A stretch of DNA of 64,000 nt, taken from positions 1,339,284 through 1,403,283 of the forward strand of contig BFEA01000032.1 of NCBI GenBank assembly GCA_003427395.1, written 5' to 3'. The translations under genes were made by a program, and so were the position numbers. Below, one piece after another: positions 11,480 through 22,495 of this stretch; positions within the stretch are counted from its first letter, which is position 1; each line of letters starts with the position of its first letter. The DNA is from Chara braunii (taxonomy: Eukaryota > Plantae > Charophyceae). Under the pieces are notes generated by a model. The model searched no databases. It saw only the letters and a list, made by a program, of their open reading frames with translations, and was not told the origin of the DNA.

Positions 11480-14400
11480 CATTACACTTACTTTTTATTG
11501 CCAAAGAAAAAAAAGAAGAAAAATAAGTGTAATCTTCGACGAAGCCTTTGGGAGGTTGAGTGGGCGGTTGACCCCCAAAAACAACTAAGTTTCCAAAGAA
11601 AAGAAAAATAACTGTAATTTTCGGCGAAGCCCTGGGATATTGAGTGGGCGGTTGACCCCCCAAAACCACTAAGTTCCTGAGGAAAACAAAAAGAAAAATA
11701 ACTGTAATTTTCGGCAAAGCCCTAGGATATTGAGTAGGTGGTTAACCCACACAAACGACAATGTTCCCGAGAAAAAAATAAGAAAAATAAGTGTAATCTT
11801 CGACGAAGTCGTGGGGAGGTTGAGTGGGCAGTCGACGCCCCAAAAACAACTAAGATCCCAAAGAAAACAAAGAAGAAAAATAAGTGCAATCTTCGGCGAA
11901 GCCCTGGGTGGTTAAGTGGGCGGTCGACCCCCAAAACAAGTAAGTTTTCAAAGAAAAAAAAAAAGAAAAATAAGTGTAATCTCCAGCGAAGCCGTGGGGA
12001 GATTGAGTGGGCGGTTGACCCCCAAAACGACTACGTTCCCAAAGAAAAAAAAAAATAAAAAAAATGTAATCTTCGGCAAAGCCCTGGGGAGGTTGAGTGG
12101 GCGGTGGACCTCCCAAAACGACCAAGTTTCTAAAGAAATCAAAGAAGAAAAACAAGTGCAATCTTCGGCGAAGCCCTGGAGGTTGAGTGGGTGGTTGACC
12201 CTCGAAAACGACCAAGTTCGCAAAGAAAAAAAAGAAGAAAAAAAAGTGTAATCTTCGGTGAACCCCTGGGGAGGTTGAGTGGGCGGTCGACCCCCAAAAC
12301 CAACTAAGATCCAAAAAAAAAAAAAGAGAAAAATAAGTGTAATCTTCAGCGAAGCCGTGGGGAGGTCGAGTGGGCGGTTGACCTAAAAAAACGACTAAGC
12401 CGTGGGGAGGTTGAGTGGGCGGTTGACCCAAAAAAACGACTAAGTTCCCAAAGAAAAAAAATAAGAAAAATAAGTGTAATCTTCGGCGAAGCCCTGGAAC
12501 GATGAGTGGGCGGTTGACCTACAAAAACGACTAAGTTCCCAAAGAAGAAAAAGAAGAAAAATAAGTGTAATATTTGGCGAAGCCCTGGGAAGGTTGAGTG
12601 GGCGGTCGACCCCCCAAAACAACCAAGTTCCCGAATAAAAAAAAGAAGAAAAATAAGTGTCATCTTCGGCGAAGCCCTGGGAGGTTGAGTGGGTGGTTGA
12701 CCCACAAAAACGACTAAGTTCCGAAGGGAAAAAAAAAAAAAAAATAAGTATAATCTTCGGCGAAGCCTTGGGGAGGTTGAGTGGGTGGTTGACCCACAAA
12801 AACGACTAAGTTCCCAAGGAAAAAAAAGAAGAAAAAAAAGTGTAATCTTCGGATAAACCCTAGGAAAGCTTCACTAGCCTTCTTAATCTTTGGCGAAATC
12901 TTAGCGTGTTGATTATCCCTGGCAAAACTTCGGCGCCTTCACAGTCTTTGGCTTAAATCTTAGTGTCTTGACAATGAATTTCGGCGATGCTCAGTGAACC
13001 CAAACTCTTAGGGGAATCCTTAGAGAGGTTGAGTGGGTATTGACCCACAAAAACGACTAAGTTCCCGAGGAAAAAAAAGAAGAAAAATAAGTGTAATCTT
13101 CGACGAAGCCGTGGGGAGGTTGAGTGGGCGGTCCACCCACAAAAACGACTAAGTTCCCAAAGAAAAAAAAAAAAAAAAATAAGTGTAATCTTCGGCAAAG
13201 CCCTGGGAGGTTGAGTGGGTGGTTGACCCACAAAAACGATTAAGTTTTCGAGGAAAAAAAAGAAGAAAAATAAGTGTAATCTTCGTCGAAGCCCCGGGGA
13301 TATTGAGTGGGTGGTTGACCTATAAATACGACTAAGTTCCCGAGGAAAAAAAAGAAGAAAAATAAGTGTAATCTTCGGCGAAGCCCTAGGGAGGGTTAAG
13401 AGGACGAGAACTTTAAAAATGGCTAAGTTCCAAAAAAAAAAAAAAACACAACAAGTGTGATCTTCGGTGACCCTCAGTAAGCTTCACTAGCCTTCCTAAT
13501 CTTTAGCGAAATCGTAGCGTTGATAATCCTCGGGGAAACTTCGATAAGTTCATAGTCTTTGGCGAAACCTTAGTGTCTTGACAATGAATTTCAGCGATGC
13601 TCAGCGAATCGAAACTGCAATAATTTTCAACGACTTGTTACTGCAATGTTCGGCGGCAAGAAACTGTAATCTTCGGCAAACCCTAACTGGAATCTTCGGC
13701 GAAGCCCTAGGGAGGGTTAAAAGGACGAGAACTTTGAAAACGACAAAGTTACAAAAAAAAACAAAACACAATAAGTGTAATCTTCGACGAAACTCTAAGA
13801 AAGTTTTACTAACCTTCCTAACCTTCAGCGAAATCTTAGCGTGTTGATAATCCCTGGCGAAACTTCGGCGCCTTTAAAGTCTTTGGCTTAAGTGTCTTGA
13901 CAATGAAATTCGACGATGCTCAGCGAACTCAAACTCTTTGGCGAAGCCTTGGAGAGGTTGAGTGGGTAGTTGACCCACAAAAACGACTAAGTTCCCGAGG
14001 AAAAAAAAGAAGAAAAACAAGTGTAATCTTCGTCGAAGCCGTGGGGAGGTTGAGCGGGCGGTCCACCCTAAAAAATGACTAAGTTCCCAAAGAAAAAAAA
14101 AGAAGAAAAATAAGTGTAACCTTTGGCGAAGCCCTTGGAGGTTGAGTGGGTGGTTGACCCACAAAAACGACTAACTTCCCGAGGGAGGGTTAAGTGGACC
14201 AGAACTTTAAAAACGGCTAAGTTCCCGAAAAAAAAAACACAACAAGTGTAATCTTCGGCGAAACCCTCGGGAAGCTTCACTAGCCTTCCTAATCTTTGAC
14301 GAAATCTTAGCATGTCGATAATCCTTGGCGAAACTTCGACGCCTTCACAGTCTTTGGCGAAACCTTAGTGTCTTCACAATGAATTTCGGCGATGCTCAGC

Positions 14401-14900
14401 GAACCCAAACTGCAATATTTCTTAACGACCCGTTACTGCAATGTTCGGCGGCAAGAAACTGTAATCTTCAGCGAAACCCTAACTGGAATCTTCAGCGAAG
14501 CCCTAGGGAGGGTTAAAAGGACGATAACTTTAAAAACGACAAAGTTACCGAATAAAACAACCACAATAAGTGTAATCTTCGGCGAAACCCTAGGGAAGTT
14601 TCACTAGCCTTCCTAATGTTTGGCGAAACCTTAGCGTGTTGATAGTCCTCGGCGAAACTTCGACGGCTTCACAGTCTTTGGCGAAACCTTAGTGTCTTGA
14701 CAATGAATTTCGGCGGTGCTCAGCGAACCCAAATTGCAATAATTTACAGCGACCCGTTGCTGCAATGTTCGGCGACAATAAACTGTAATCTTCGGCGAAA
14801 CCCTAACTAGAATCTTCGACGAATCCTAATCGCGAGCTGCAACAGAACTTAACTGCAATTTTCGACGAAAACCTAATTGTGATGTTCGACGAAGCTCAAT
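11480..14900 (-). repeat. Second array of the ~82-bp repeat in reverse orientation, interleaved with a related module (aatcttcggcgaaaccctaac...)
   Basis: Unit gttcccaaagaaaaaaaagaagaaaaataagtgtaatcttcggcgaagccctggggaggttgagtgggcggtcgacccccaaaaacgactaa is the reverse complement of the 3241-5150 unit; second module at ~12850-13020, 13450-13940 and 14260-14900. Confidence 0.95.
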
Positions 14901-14985
14901 TATTATCTCGGTGAAGATTGGATTATAGGAATGAGAGTAATATCAATCACCACCAATTCATCAACGAAGGGACACATTAACAACC

Positions 14986-16700
14986 CTAGATCTTAAAGAG
15001 CAAGCATACTTCATTGACGAAATACGAACCTCTTAAAACCTTCAACAAAGAAAAAATCAAACTCTTTAGCGAATTCACTAAAAATTCATTGCAAGCTTCA
15101 TTGGATGATTCCCCGAAGATTTTCGGGGCCATTAACCACAAGTGGGCAATTCTAATGGTGAAGGCGGATCGGTAAACGGTGGAGTGTAGTGGAAGAAAGA
15201 AGAAAGAAGCGGTGCCCCAAGGGTGTCGGCTTGCATAAGTCTGAACCTGATTGAGATGATGGTCAGGTACCTCCGCCACCTAGGACGAAAACCATAGCGG
15301 GACAAGGAAAGGAAGCGACAACGGAGGGGGTAAGAGATTGAGGTACCCACCTGATGAGAGAGGTAGCGAGCGCAGAGAAGAACGCAGGTGCTAGTGATGC
15401 CTCCCTTTGTGTTTGGCGGAGAATTCGATCAAATTGTTTCACACCTCGGCAGTTGAAGAGTGAGACAGGGAGAGGGAAGGGTCAATGCATACTTACCTGG
15501 CCTGTGTCTGACGAAGATTTGGTGGAAAACCGAGCCTTGTTTTTTTGTCTTGGGTGACGATCGGGGGTGGGGGCTGCCATGAAGGGTGCAGCGGTGTTTG
15601 CTACCATGCCCACAGTCTGGCCGATCCTGCCAGCAGTCACCACTCACTCGCCAAACCAAGTCGTGCATGGCTAAGTGTGAGCATACTGCGCAATCAGGCT
15701 GCGAAAGGCTTGGGGTTGCCACGAAGGGTGCAGCCGTGTCTGCTACCATGCCCACAGCCTGGCCGATCCTGCCAGCAGTCACTGCTCACTCGTGAATGGC
15801 TAAGTGTGAGCATACTGCGCCATCAGGCTGCCAAAGGCTTGGTGCAGGCCTATTTGTAAAGTATTTGAGCAAGGTTTTGGATAGATTCAACAATACAGGA
15901 TATAAGCAGGTAGGAGTAGCCGAGAAACACGCTGTGCGGGGTGAGCCAAAAACTAGGCTACGTGTTGAATAGTTGTTGTTGACTGTTTTTTATTGTTGCG
16001 GGCCGCCCGATGTGTTACTACATACTCGGGAAGATCTGTTGTTGTGTACTGTGCACGATCTGCTGCTGCATACTGTGGACTATTGATCGTTGTGTGTTGC
16101 TGTTGCGCTTGTGGACTGTGTGCGGACTGTGGCTGCTGGTGACTGCTGCTGTTGCTGTTGACCGCCGCTGAGTACTGCTGCTGCGTCTAAGGACTGTTAC
16201 GGGCTGCTGTGCAGCGGCGATTGGGCTACGAAGTAGTATTGGGAGATTGAGGAGGGGTGGTTGGACTGCAATAAGGGTTGTTGTTGCAGCATGATAGGGT
16301 GGTGGTGAAGGGAGTTATTGTTGCGAGTTGGGAGGTCGTCAGAGAGTTGGACCCATCAGTTAGACTTATGGATTGACCAAGTTGTGGTGTTGTTTGGCAA
16401 TCATTGCGAGGCCCTCAGGCGTGTGAAGGTATCAAGGCCCTCTCCTGAGAGTTGAGTTGTCCCCCTTTTCTATCTCGAGCGTATGAAACCCCTTATCGTC
16501 TGTCCTTCTTACTCTAAGTCTAGTCCTGTTCTGAGAGGAAGGCGGCAGGCGGGATTGCAACCCGTAGGTCCGCATCAAGACTCTGTGGGGAGTCAGCCCA
16601 CCGATTGCGGGAACTCTGCCATAACTCAGGAGGAGTTATGGAGGCAGGGAACTGAGAGGTGACTGTTGCTTCTCATCTATGAACCCAGTTATAGCCCATA
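14986..16700 (-). pseudogene. Degenerate TE-associated coding remnant with a Q/P-rich low-complexity segment (possibly gag-like or accessory ORF)
   Basis: CAG/CAA-rich minus strand at 15960-16330; ~126-bp duplication at 15575-15842; canonical splice donor CAG|GTAAGT on minus at ~15497; short ORF with APKIFGESSNEACNEFL; many stops. Confidence 0.3.
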
Positions 16701-16927
16701 CCTGAATTCCTTTTTATACTTTGACTGAATATACGGCATGCATCCCTACTTTGACTTTCAGTTTGACTTTCAGGATACAAACCAGATCAAATAAGGGACT
16801 GTATGCATAATGTCAGTTTCAGCTTCTTTGTATGACTGAAAGCAGTTTGTGGGATTGCATCTGGGGGAAGGATGAGAGAAAAACTGTATTGCATGAAGTT
16901 TGACCGGGTCAACCAAAGGCTGGGCCA

Positions 16928-18084
16928 GTTCCATAAGTTTGGGAAGGCCCGGTGCTATGTTTATTTTGAATTGCCTGGAGAACCAGACATTTTTCATAAG
17001 TTTGGGTGGTCTGGTTGCTCTGACTTCACAAGCGGTTATCGGGTAGCTGAAAATTCAGGAATGAAAATTCTGAAGTGAGAGTTTTGAGCAGTCTGAAAAT
17101 CCTGAGTGGTCCTGAAGTGGTGAAAGGTCCGAAGACCCTGAAAACCACTTGTTTAGGCAGGCTGCATCCTGAAGTGGTGAAGGGTATCCTGAAGTGGTCA
17201 AGTGAGAGTTTTTGACAGTCTGAAAATCATGAATGGTCCCTAAAGTGGTGAAAGGTCCGAAGACCATGAAAACCAACTTTCACCACTTAAGGATGCAGCC
17301 TGCCTAAACAGGTGGTTTTCAGGGTCTCGGAGCTTTCACCACTTCAGGATCATTCAGGATTTTCATACCTGAATGGTCATGAAGTGGTGAAAGGTCTGAA
17401 GACCCTGAAAACCACTTGTCTAGGCAGGCTGTATCCTGAAGTGGTGATGAAAAATACGACTGTTGTTAATCTTCTCTCTCTGACTTGTGAGGGCTGACTG
17501 CGGTTGACTTTTCAGGGGTCAAGCATGTTCCATAAGTTTGGGTGGTTTGGTCGCCTTGTTTGCTTTGGGTTTTCCTGAACGAGGAGGTCTGAGAATGTTC
17601 CATAAGTTTGGGTGGCTCAACCTCTTCCTGGTTTGGCTTTAAGAGAAATGAACCAGGCTGAGGATCAAGACATGTTCCATAAGTTTGGGTGGTCTTGGTC
17701 CAACGCCTCGCACATGCTGGAACCAAAAGGTTATAACTTGACTATACTCTATTATTATATTATCTATGAACAGGCTAGTCAGACAGAGTTCCATAAGTTT
17801 GGGTGGTCTGACTATAGCTTATCACCAACGATAGAGAGTATTAATTAAGAATAAAACTTGTGGTACAAAGGGGCAGACTGAGTCTTGAGCTGAAGATAAT
17901 CGGCTCAGTTATATGCTACCTCCAAGACTAAGTGCGGACAATTATATAAATTCTGGATACTTAAACAGTTCAGGGCGGCTACGGTGGCCTAGTCACATGC
18001 CCAAAGAAGAGAAAAGTTGTTGTGCCCTTTGTTTGTATATACTTTATGGTTGGGCTAAACATGTTCCATAAGTTTGGGTGGTCT
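16928..18084 (+). repeat. Seven dispersed copies of a ~22-bp motif GTTCCATAAGTTTGGGTGGTCT separated by dissimilar spacers
   Basis: Copies start at 16928, 16991, 17527, 17597, 17674, 17788 and 18063. Confidence 0.9.
17090..17446. repeat. Foldback: ~88-bp unit in direct / inverted / direct arrangement
   Basis: 17279-17366 is the reverse complement of ~17093-17182 and of ~17369-17446. Confidence 0.9.
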
Positions 18085-18369
18085 AGCTTTATGCCCTATG
18101 TAAGCTTGGTATAAGGGGATAAATCATTGAAAAACTATGAATTATTGTCTGCTAAGTTGACTTGGGGATGATGAGAGTACTTACCTTTGTGGTTTGGCCT
18201 TCATGTGACTGAGTGATGCCACTACCTAGTCTAAGTTTCAGTTGATAGGTAGTTGCTTTAGTTGCTCGCCACGTGCTAGATCCACAGGAGTTAGTTTCAA
18301 TTCCTGCATTTTTCGAGCTGAGATTTTTCTACTTAGATCAATTTCTGCATTTTCTGGGATTTTTTGTTG

Positions 18370-18935
18370 TACTTTGGTCTTGTATAAATCTTGGTAAGCC
18401 ACTTTCTCTACGGGAAGTGCTGCTGAAATTTCTACAAAACCAAGGAGTTAGTCAAAACTTTGTCTTTTTTAGGATCCAGTCCTTTTTGCGTATTGACTTA
18501 ATAAAAATCTAGAAAGCCTCATTTTCTAAAGGAAGTGATGCCCAAATTTTTGCTAGTTCAGGGAGTTAGATAAAGTTGGACCTGGAAAAGTCAAAGTCAT
18601 TTCAGATACTGGACTTAGCTTTGTATAAATCTTGAAATAACATTTTCTCTACGGGAAGCGCTGCCGAAATTTCTACAAATCTAAGGAGGTGGCTAAATTT
18701 TATCTTAACAGAACTTAGGTTTTATGTTTGAGTTCATATCTGACTTAGTATAAATATGGAAAGTTTTTCTTTCTAAAGGAAATGCTGCCCAAATTTTTGC
18801 CAATTCAGGGAGTTAGACAAATTTTGACTTTCTAGAATCTAAAAGTTTGATTTTTTGGCCTGTATAAATTATGCGATAGCACTTTTCCTACGGGAAGCGC
18901 TGCCGAATTTTTTTTAATTTAGAGGAGTTAGATTA
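18370..18935 (+). repeat. ~120-bp tandem repeat, about 5 copies
   Basis: tataaatct...ttctctacgggaagcgctgccgaaattt...ggagttag recurs at ~18380, 18500, 18621, 18745 and 18860. Confidence 0.85.
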
Positions 18936-20739
18936 TATTTCGACAGGTGGCAATTCTGGTGATCTACCCTGGGTAAAGAGGATGTTGCCAAAGGTCTGTA
19001 TTTTTTCTTAAGCACGTACGCAAAGATAGACTTAGGCTTCATTATCAGGAGGATTTTTGTAAGAACAGGGTATGGAGATTATCCCTTGTGAGCTTATAAG
19101 TTCAGCCTGAACATTGGCCTGTTTCATGTTACAGGTCCTTCTTTGAACAATTTGATTCAGGATTTTGGACAAGATTCAACTTTGATCCCTCGAGGATTAC
19201 CTTCTGTTATCGCTGATAATAGGTCGGTTGCCGATTCGTCGATTTTCGACTCAATTCCAATTCACCCACAATACTCAACCTAAAAAAACTTTAGCCCTGG
19301 TGATTTTATTATTTTGTTAAGGTTTCATCCGAACTTTCATTAAATGGCAATTTAACAAAGGTACTGAGTATTTAATTATGGTTGGTTGGCTGGAGGTTGG
19401 GGCTTGTATGGCTAAAGCGAAGGGTATGAGTATAGAGATTGGTTGGGTTGACTCCGGGTAGCACATGGACTTTTGTTTGACTTTTTGATGTGACTGCAGG
19501 TATGTTCTATGGTTCGGATCTTGGATTGGGCTGCGATCTCACATATATATATGACTTTGAGGAGTCCCACTGTGATTGTGAGAACTGATCGTCACATACT
19601 TATCCCCCTTATATATATATAAACATATACGTGTACCTATGTTGGGAGCTCGCGTGGCCTGAAGGACCCGTGTATTAAAGGTAAAATCAGGGTTGGGGTT
19701 AAGAAAAGAGAAGGTAAACCCCCTTTTTCTGATTGTATGCTTCTTAATAAATTCTCAGTCGGACGTTGGTCCTGGGCCGCGATTCAAGGTCCTTGTCCAA
19801 GACATCCCAAACCCTAGGCTCTGCATGGAAGGAATTTTTCCCCGCACAGAGCCTATTTGCCCTGCGTACCGAGACTCTCAGGCCAAAGGCCGGAGGTCTC
19901 GAGGCGGCCGCATGGCTATTCCTTCAGCTGTGCAGTATCGTGAGGACTTAGACCATCACGATACTTCGAGTCTGACGCTTGAGTGTCATAAGCGGTACTC
20001 GGATCCACGAGGGACCGGTTGATTACGTGCACTACATAGTATATCATCATTGCGATTGCTTACGTACGTTTGCATTGCGAGTCGATATGAGTTAGCCCTG
20101 CGTCCGCGAGGTTTTATACTAAGTCTCGCGCAGGACGCCTATCCGATTTCAGCGTCGGAGAGTTATGGGATGGCTACTAAGGGACTATGAGTGTTGTCGC
20201 GTTATTTGTTTAGGGTCGTTTTATATACGCATATGTACGTGTGTGGGTATGTGCGTGTGTTTTTGTCTTTATGTTCTTTATAGAGGTATGCGCGTGGTGC
20301 GTGGGATGCGTCCTACTCGACCGCCGACGAGTAGCACTTGGGACCTCAGCCCCCCAAGATGATGGTTCACGTGCGGGTCCGATAGAGGCGTAATACCCCA
20401 TGTGCCCCCTATGCTACAACAAACGAGAAACGCCATCGTCTGGTCCACCTCTGCGATTGCACCTGTTTAGCTTCCGTACTGTGCACTGGTAGCTCGGAGG
20501 GGATACGCCCATCGAAGGGAGGTGACTCGGACAACTCTCATAAGGTGGAGGTAAGTCGTGCCTCACGTAGGCCCTATCCTGTCGTAGGGGCTCGCGAGAG
20601 GTATGGCTGGCGCACACGGCCGGAGCAGCTTGCGGAAGCTCCATATATATTCGTGACGAAGGACTAAAACCAACTCCTGTGTGACGCGGCCGGGAGGGTC
20701 CCTCGCTACCCTTGAGTGGTGCCGGACCGATGTGCTCGA

Positions 20740-20975
20740 TACCGCCGCCCGCCGCCCAGCGCCCAGTGCCGCCTCGGCCCAACGCCCAACGCCCAACGGC
20801 CGCCGGCCAGCGCTCACCGTCGTCTAGCGCCCAACGCCCAGCGCTGCCCAGCGCCCGCCGCCACCCGCCGCTCGCCGGCCAGCGCCAGTACCAGCACCCA
20901 GCGCCCGCACCAAGCGCCAACAGCCAGCGCCCGACGGTCGACACCCGGCGTCCAGCGCCCAACGCCAACCGCCTA
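20740..20975. repeat. GC-rich heptamer repeat (CGCCCAG/CGCCCAA)
   Basis: Direct inspection. Confidence 0.8.
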
Positions 20976-20997
20976 GGTCCGACGAGTCGAAAGGTAT

Positions 20998-21036
<39 letters not shown>

Positions 21037-21078
21037 CTCTTTCCTTCGTTTTTTCTCTCTCTCTCATTTTCTCTTTCT

Positions 21079-21158
<80 letters not shown>

Positions 21159-21203
21159 CGGAGTCTTTTTTTTTTTTTTCCTCTCTCTCTCTCTCTCTTT
21201 TTA

Positions 21204-21333
21204 AACATGTCTACTAAAAAGTATTTGGCAACGACAGTGGACCTTCATCAACGATAATACATCAAACATGCAAAAGAAGGTTCTTTGTATGACTTTCCCA
21301 ACCCAAAGGAACAAAAAGAGTCATAGTGACTAT

Positions 21334-21367
<34 letters not shown>

Positions 21368-21496
21368 GACATGTCTAGTAAAAAACATTTGGCAACGACA
21401 GTGGACCTTTATCAACGATAGCACATAGAATTTGCAAAGAAGGTTGTTTGTATGACTAGTCCAACCCAAAGGAACAAAAAGAGTCATTGAAACTAT

Positions 21497-21540
<44 letters not shown>
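21204..21540 (+). repeat. ~165-bp tandem duplication, each copy ending in (CT)n
   Basis: acatgtcta...tttggcaacgacagtggacctt...ccaacccaaaggaacaaaaagagtcat...actatgctctct occurs twice. Confidence 0.9.
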
Positions 21541-22495
21541 NNNNNNNNNNNNNNNNNNNNNNNNNNNNNNNNNNNNNNNNNNNNNNNNNNNNNNNNNNNN
21601 NNNNNNNNNNNNNNNNNNNNNNNNNNNNNNNNNNNNNNNNNNNNNNNNNNNNNNNNNNNNNNNNNNNNNNNNNNNNNNNNNNNNNNNNNNNNNNNNNNNN
21701 NNNNNNNNNNNNNNNNNNNNNNNNNNNNNNNNNNNNNNNNNNNNNNNNNNNNNNNNNNNNNNNNNNNNNNNNNNNNNNNNNNNNNNNNNNNNNNNNNNNN
21801 NNNNNNNNNNNNNNNNNNNNNNNNNNNNNNNNNNNNNNNNNNNNNNNNNNNNNNNNNNNNNNNNNNNNNNNNNNNNNNNNNNNNNNNNNNNNNNNNNNNN
21901 NNNNNNNNNNNNNNNNNNNNNNNNNNNNNNNNNNNNNNNNNNNNNNNNNNNNNNNNNNNNNNNNNNNNNNNNNNNNNNNNNNNNNNNNNNNNNNNNNNNN
22001 NNNNNNNNNNNNNNNNNNNNNNNNNNNNNNNNNNNNNNNNNNNNNNNNNNNNNNNNNNNNNNNNNNNNNNNNNNNNNNNNNNNNNNNNNNNNNNNNNNNN
22101 NNNNNNNNNNNNNNNNNNNNNNNNNNNNNNNNNNNNNNNNNNNNNNNNNNNNNNNNNNNNNNNNNNNNNNNNNNNNNNNNNNNNNNNNNNNNNNNNNNNN
22201 NNNNNNNNNNNNNNNNNNNNNNNNNNNNNNNNNNNNNNNNNNNNNNNNNNNNNNNNNNNNNNNNNNNNNNNNNNNNNNNNNNNNNNNNNNNNNNNNNNNN
22301 NNNNNNNNNNNNNNNNNNNNNNNNNNNNNNNNNNNNNNNNNNNNNNNNNNNNNNNNNNGGGGGGGGGGCTCGTTCAGAAACGCTTGATAATCAAGGGTGA
22401 GAACATTGGCCAATGATAGACTCTCACTTTCTCCAGGCCAAATGTTGTCGCTATCTTAATCTGCCAAGTTCCCTGGGTCAGGCGATAATGTCCCT

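Noticed and set aside
16928-18084. True CRISPR array
   Set aside because: Eukaryotic TE context, very uneven spacer lengths (~40 to >500 bp), non-palindromic repeat and no cas genes; kept only as a motif array
21487-22416. Long ORFs spanning N-runs (also 10548-11129, 24877-25842, 54506-55452, 56932-57407, 59846-60358)
   Set aside because: Open only because of undetermined bases
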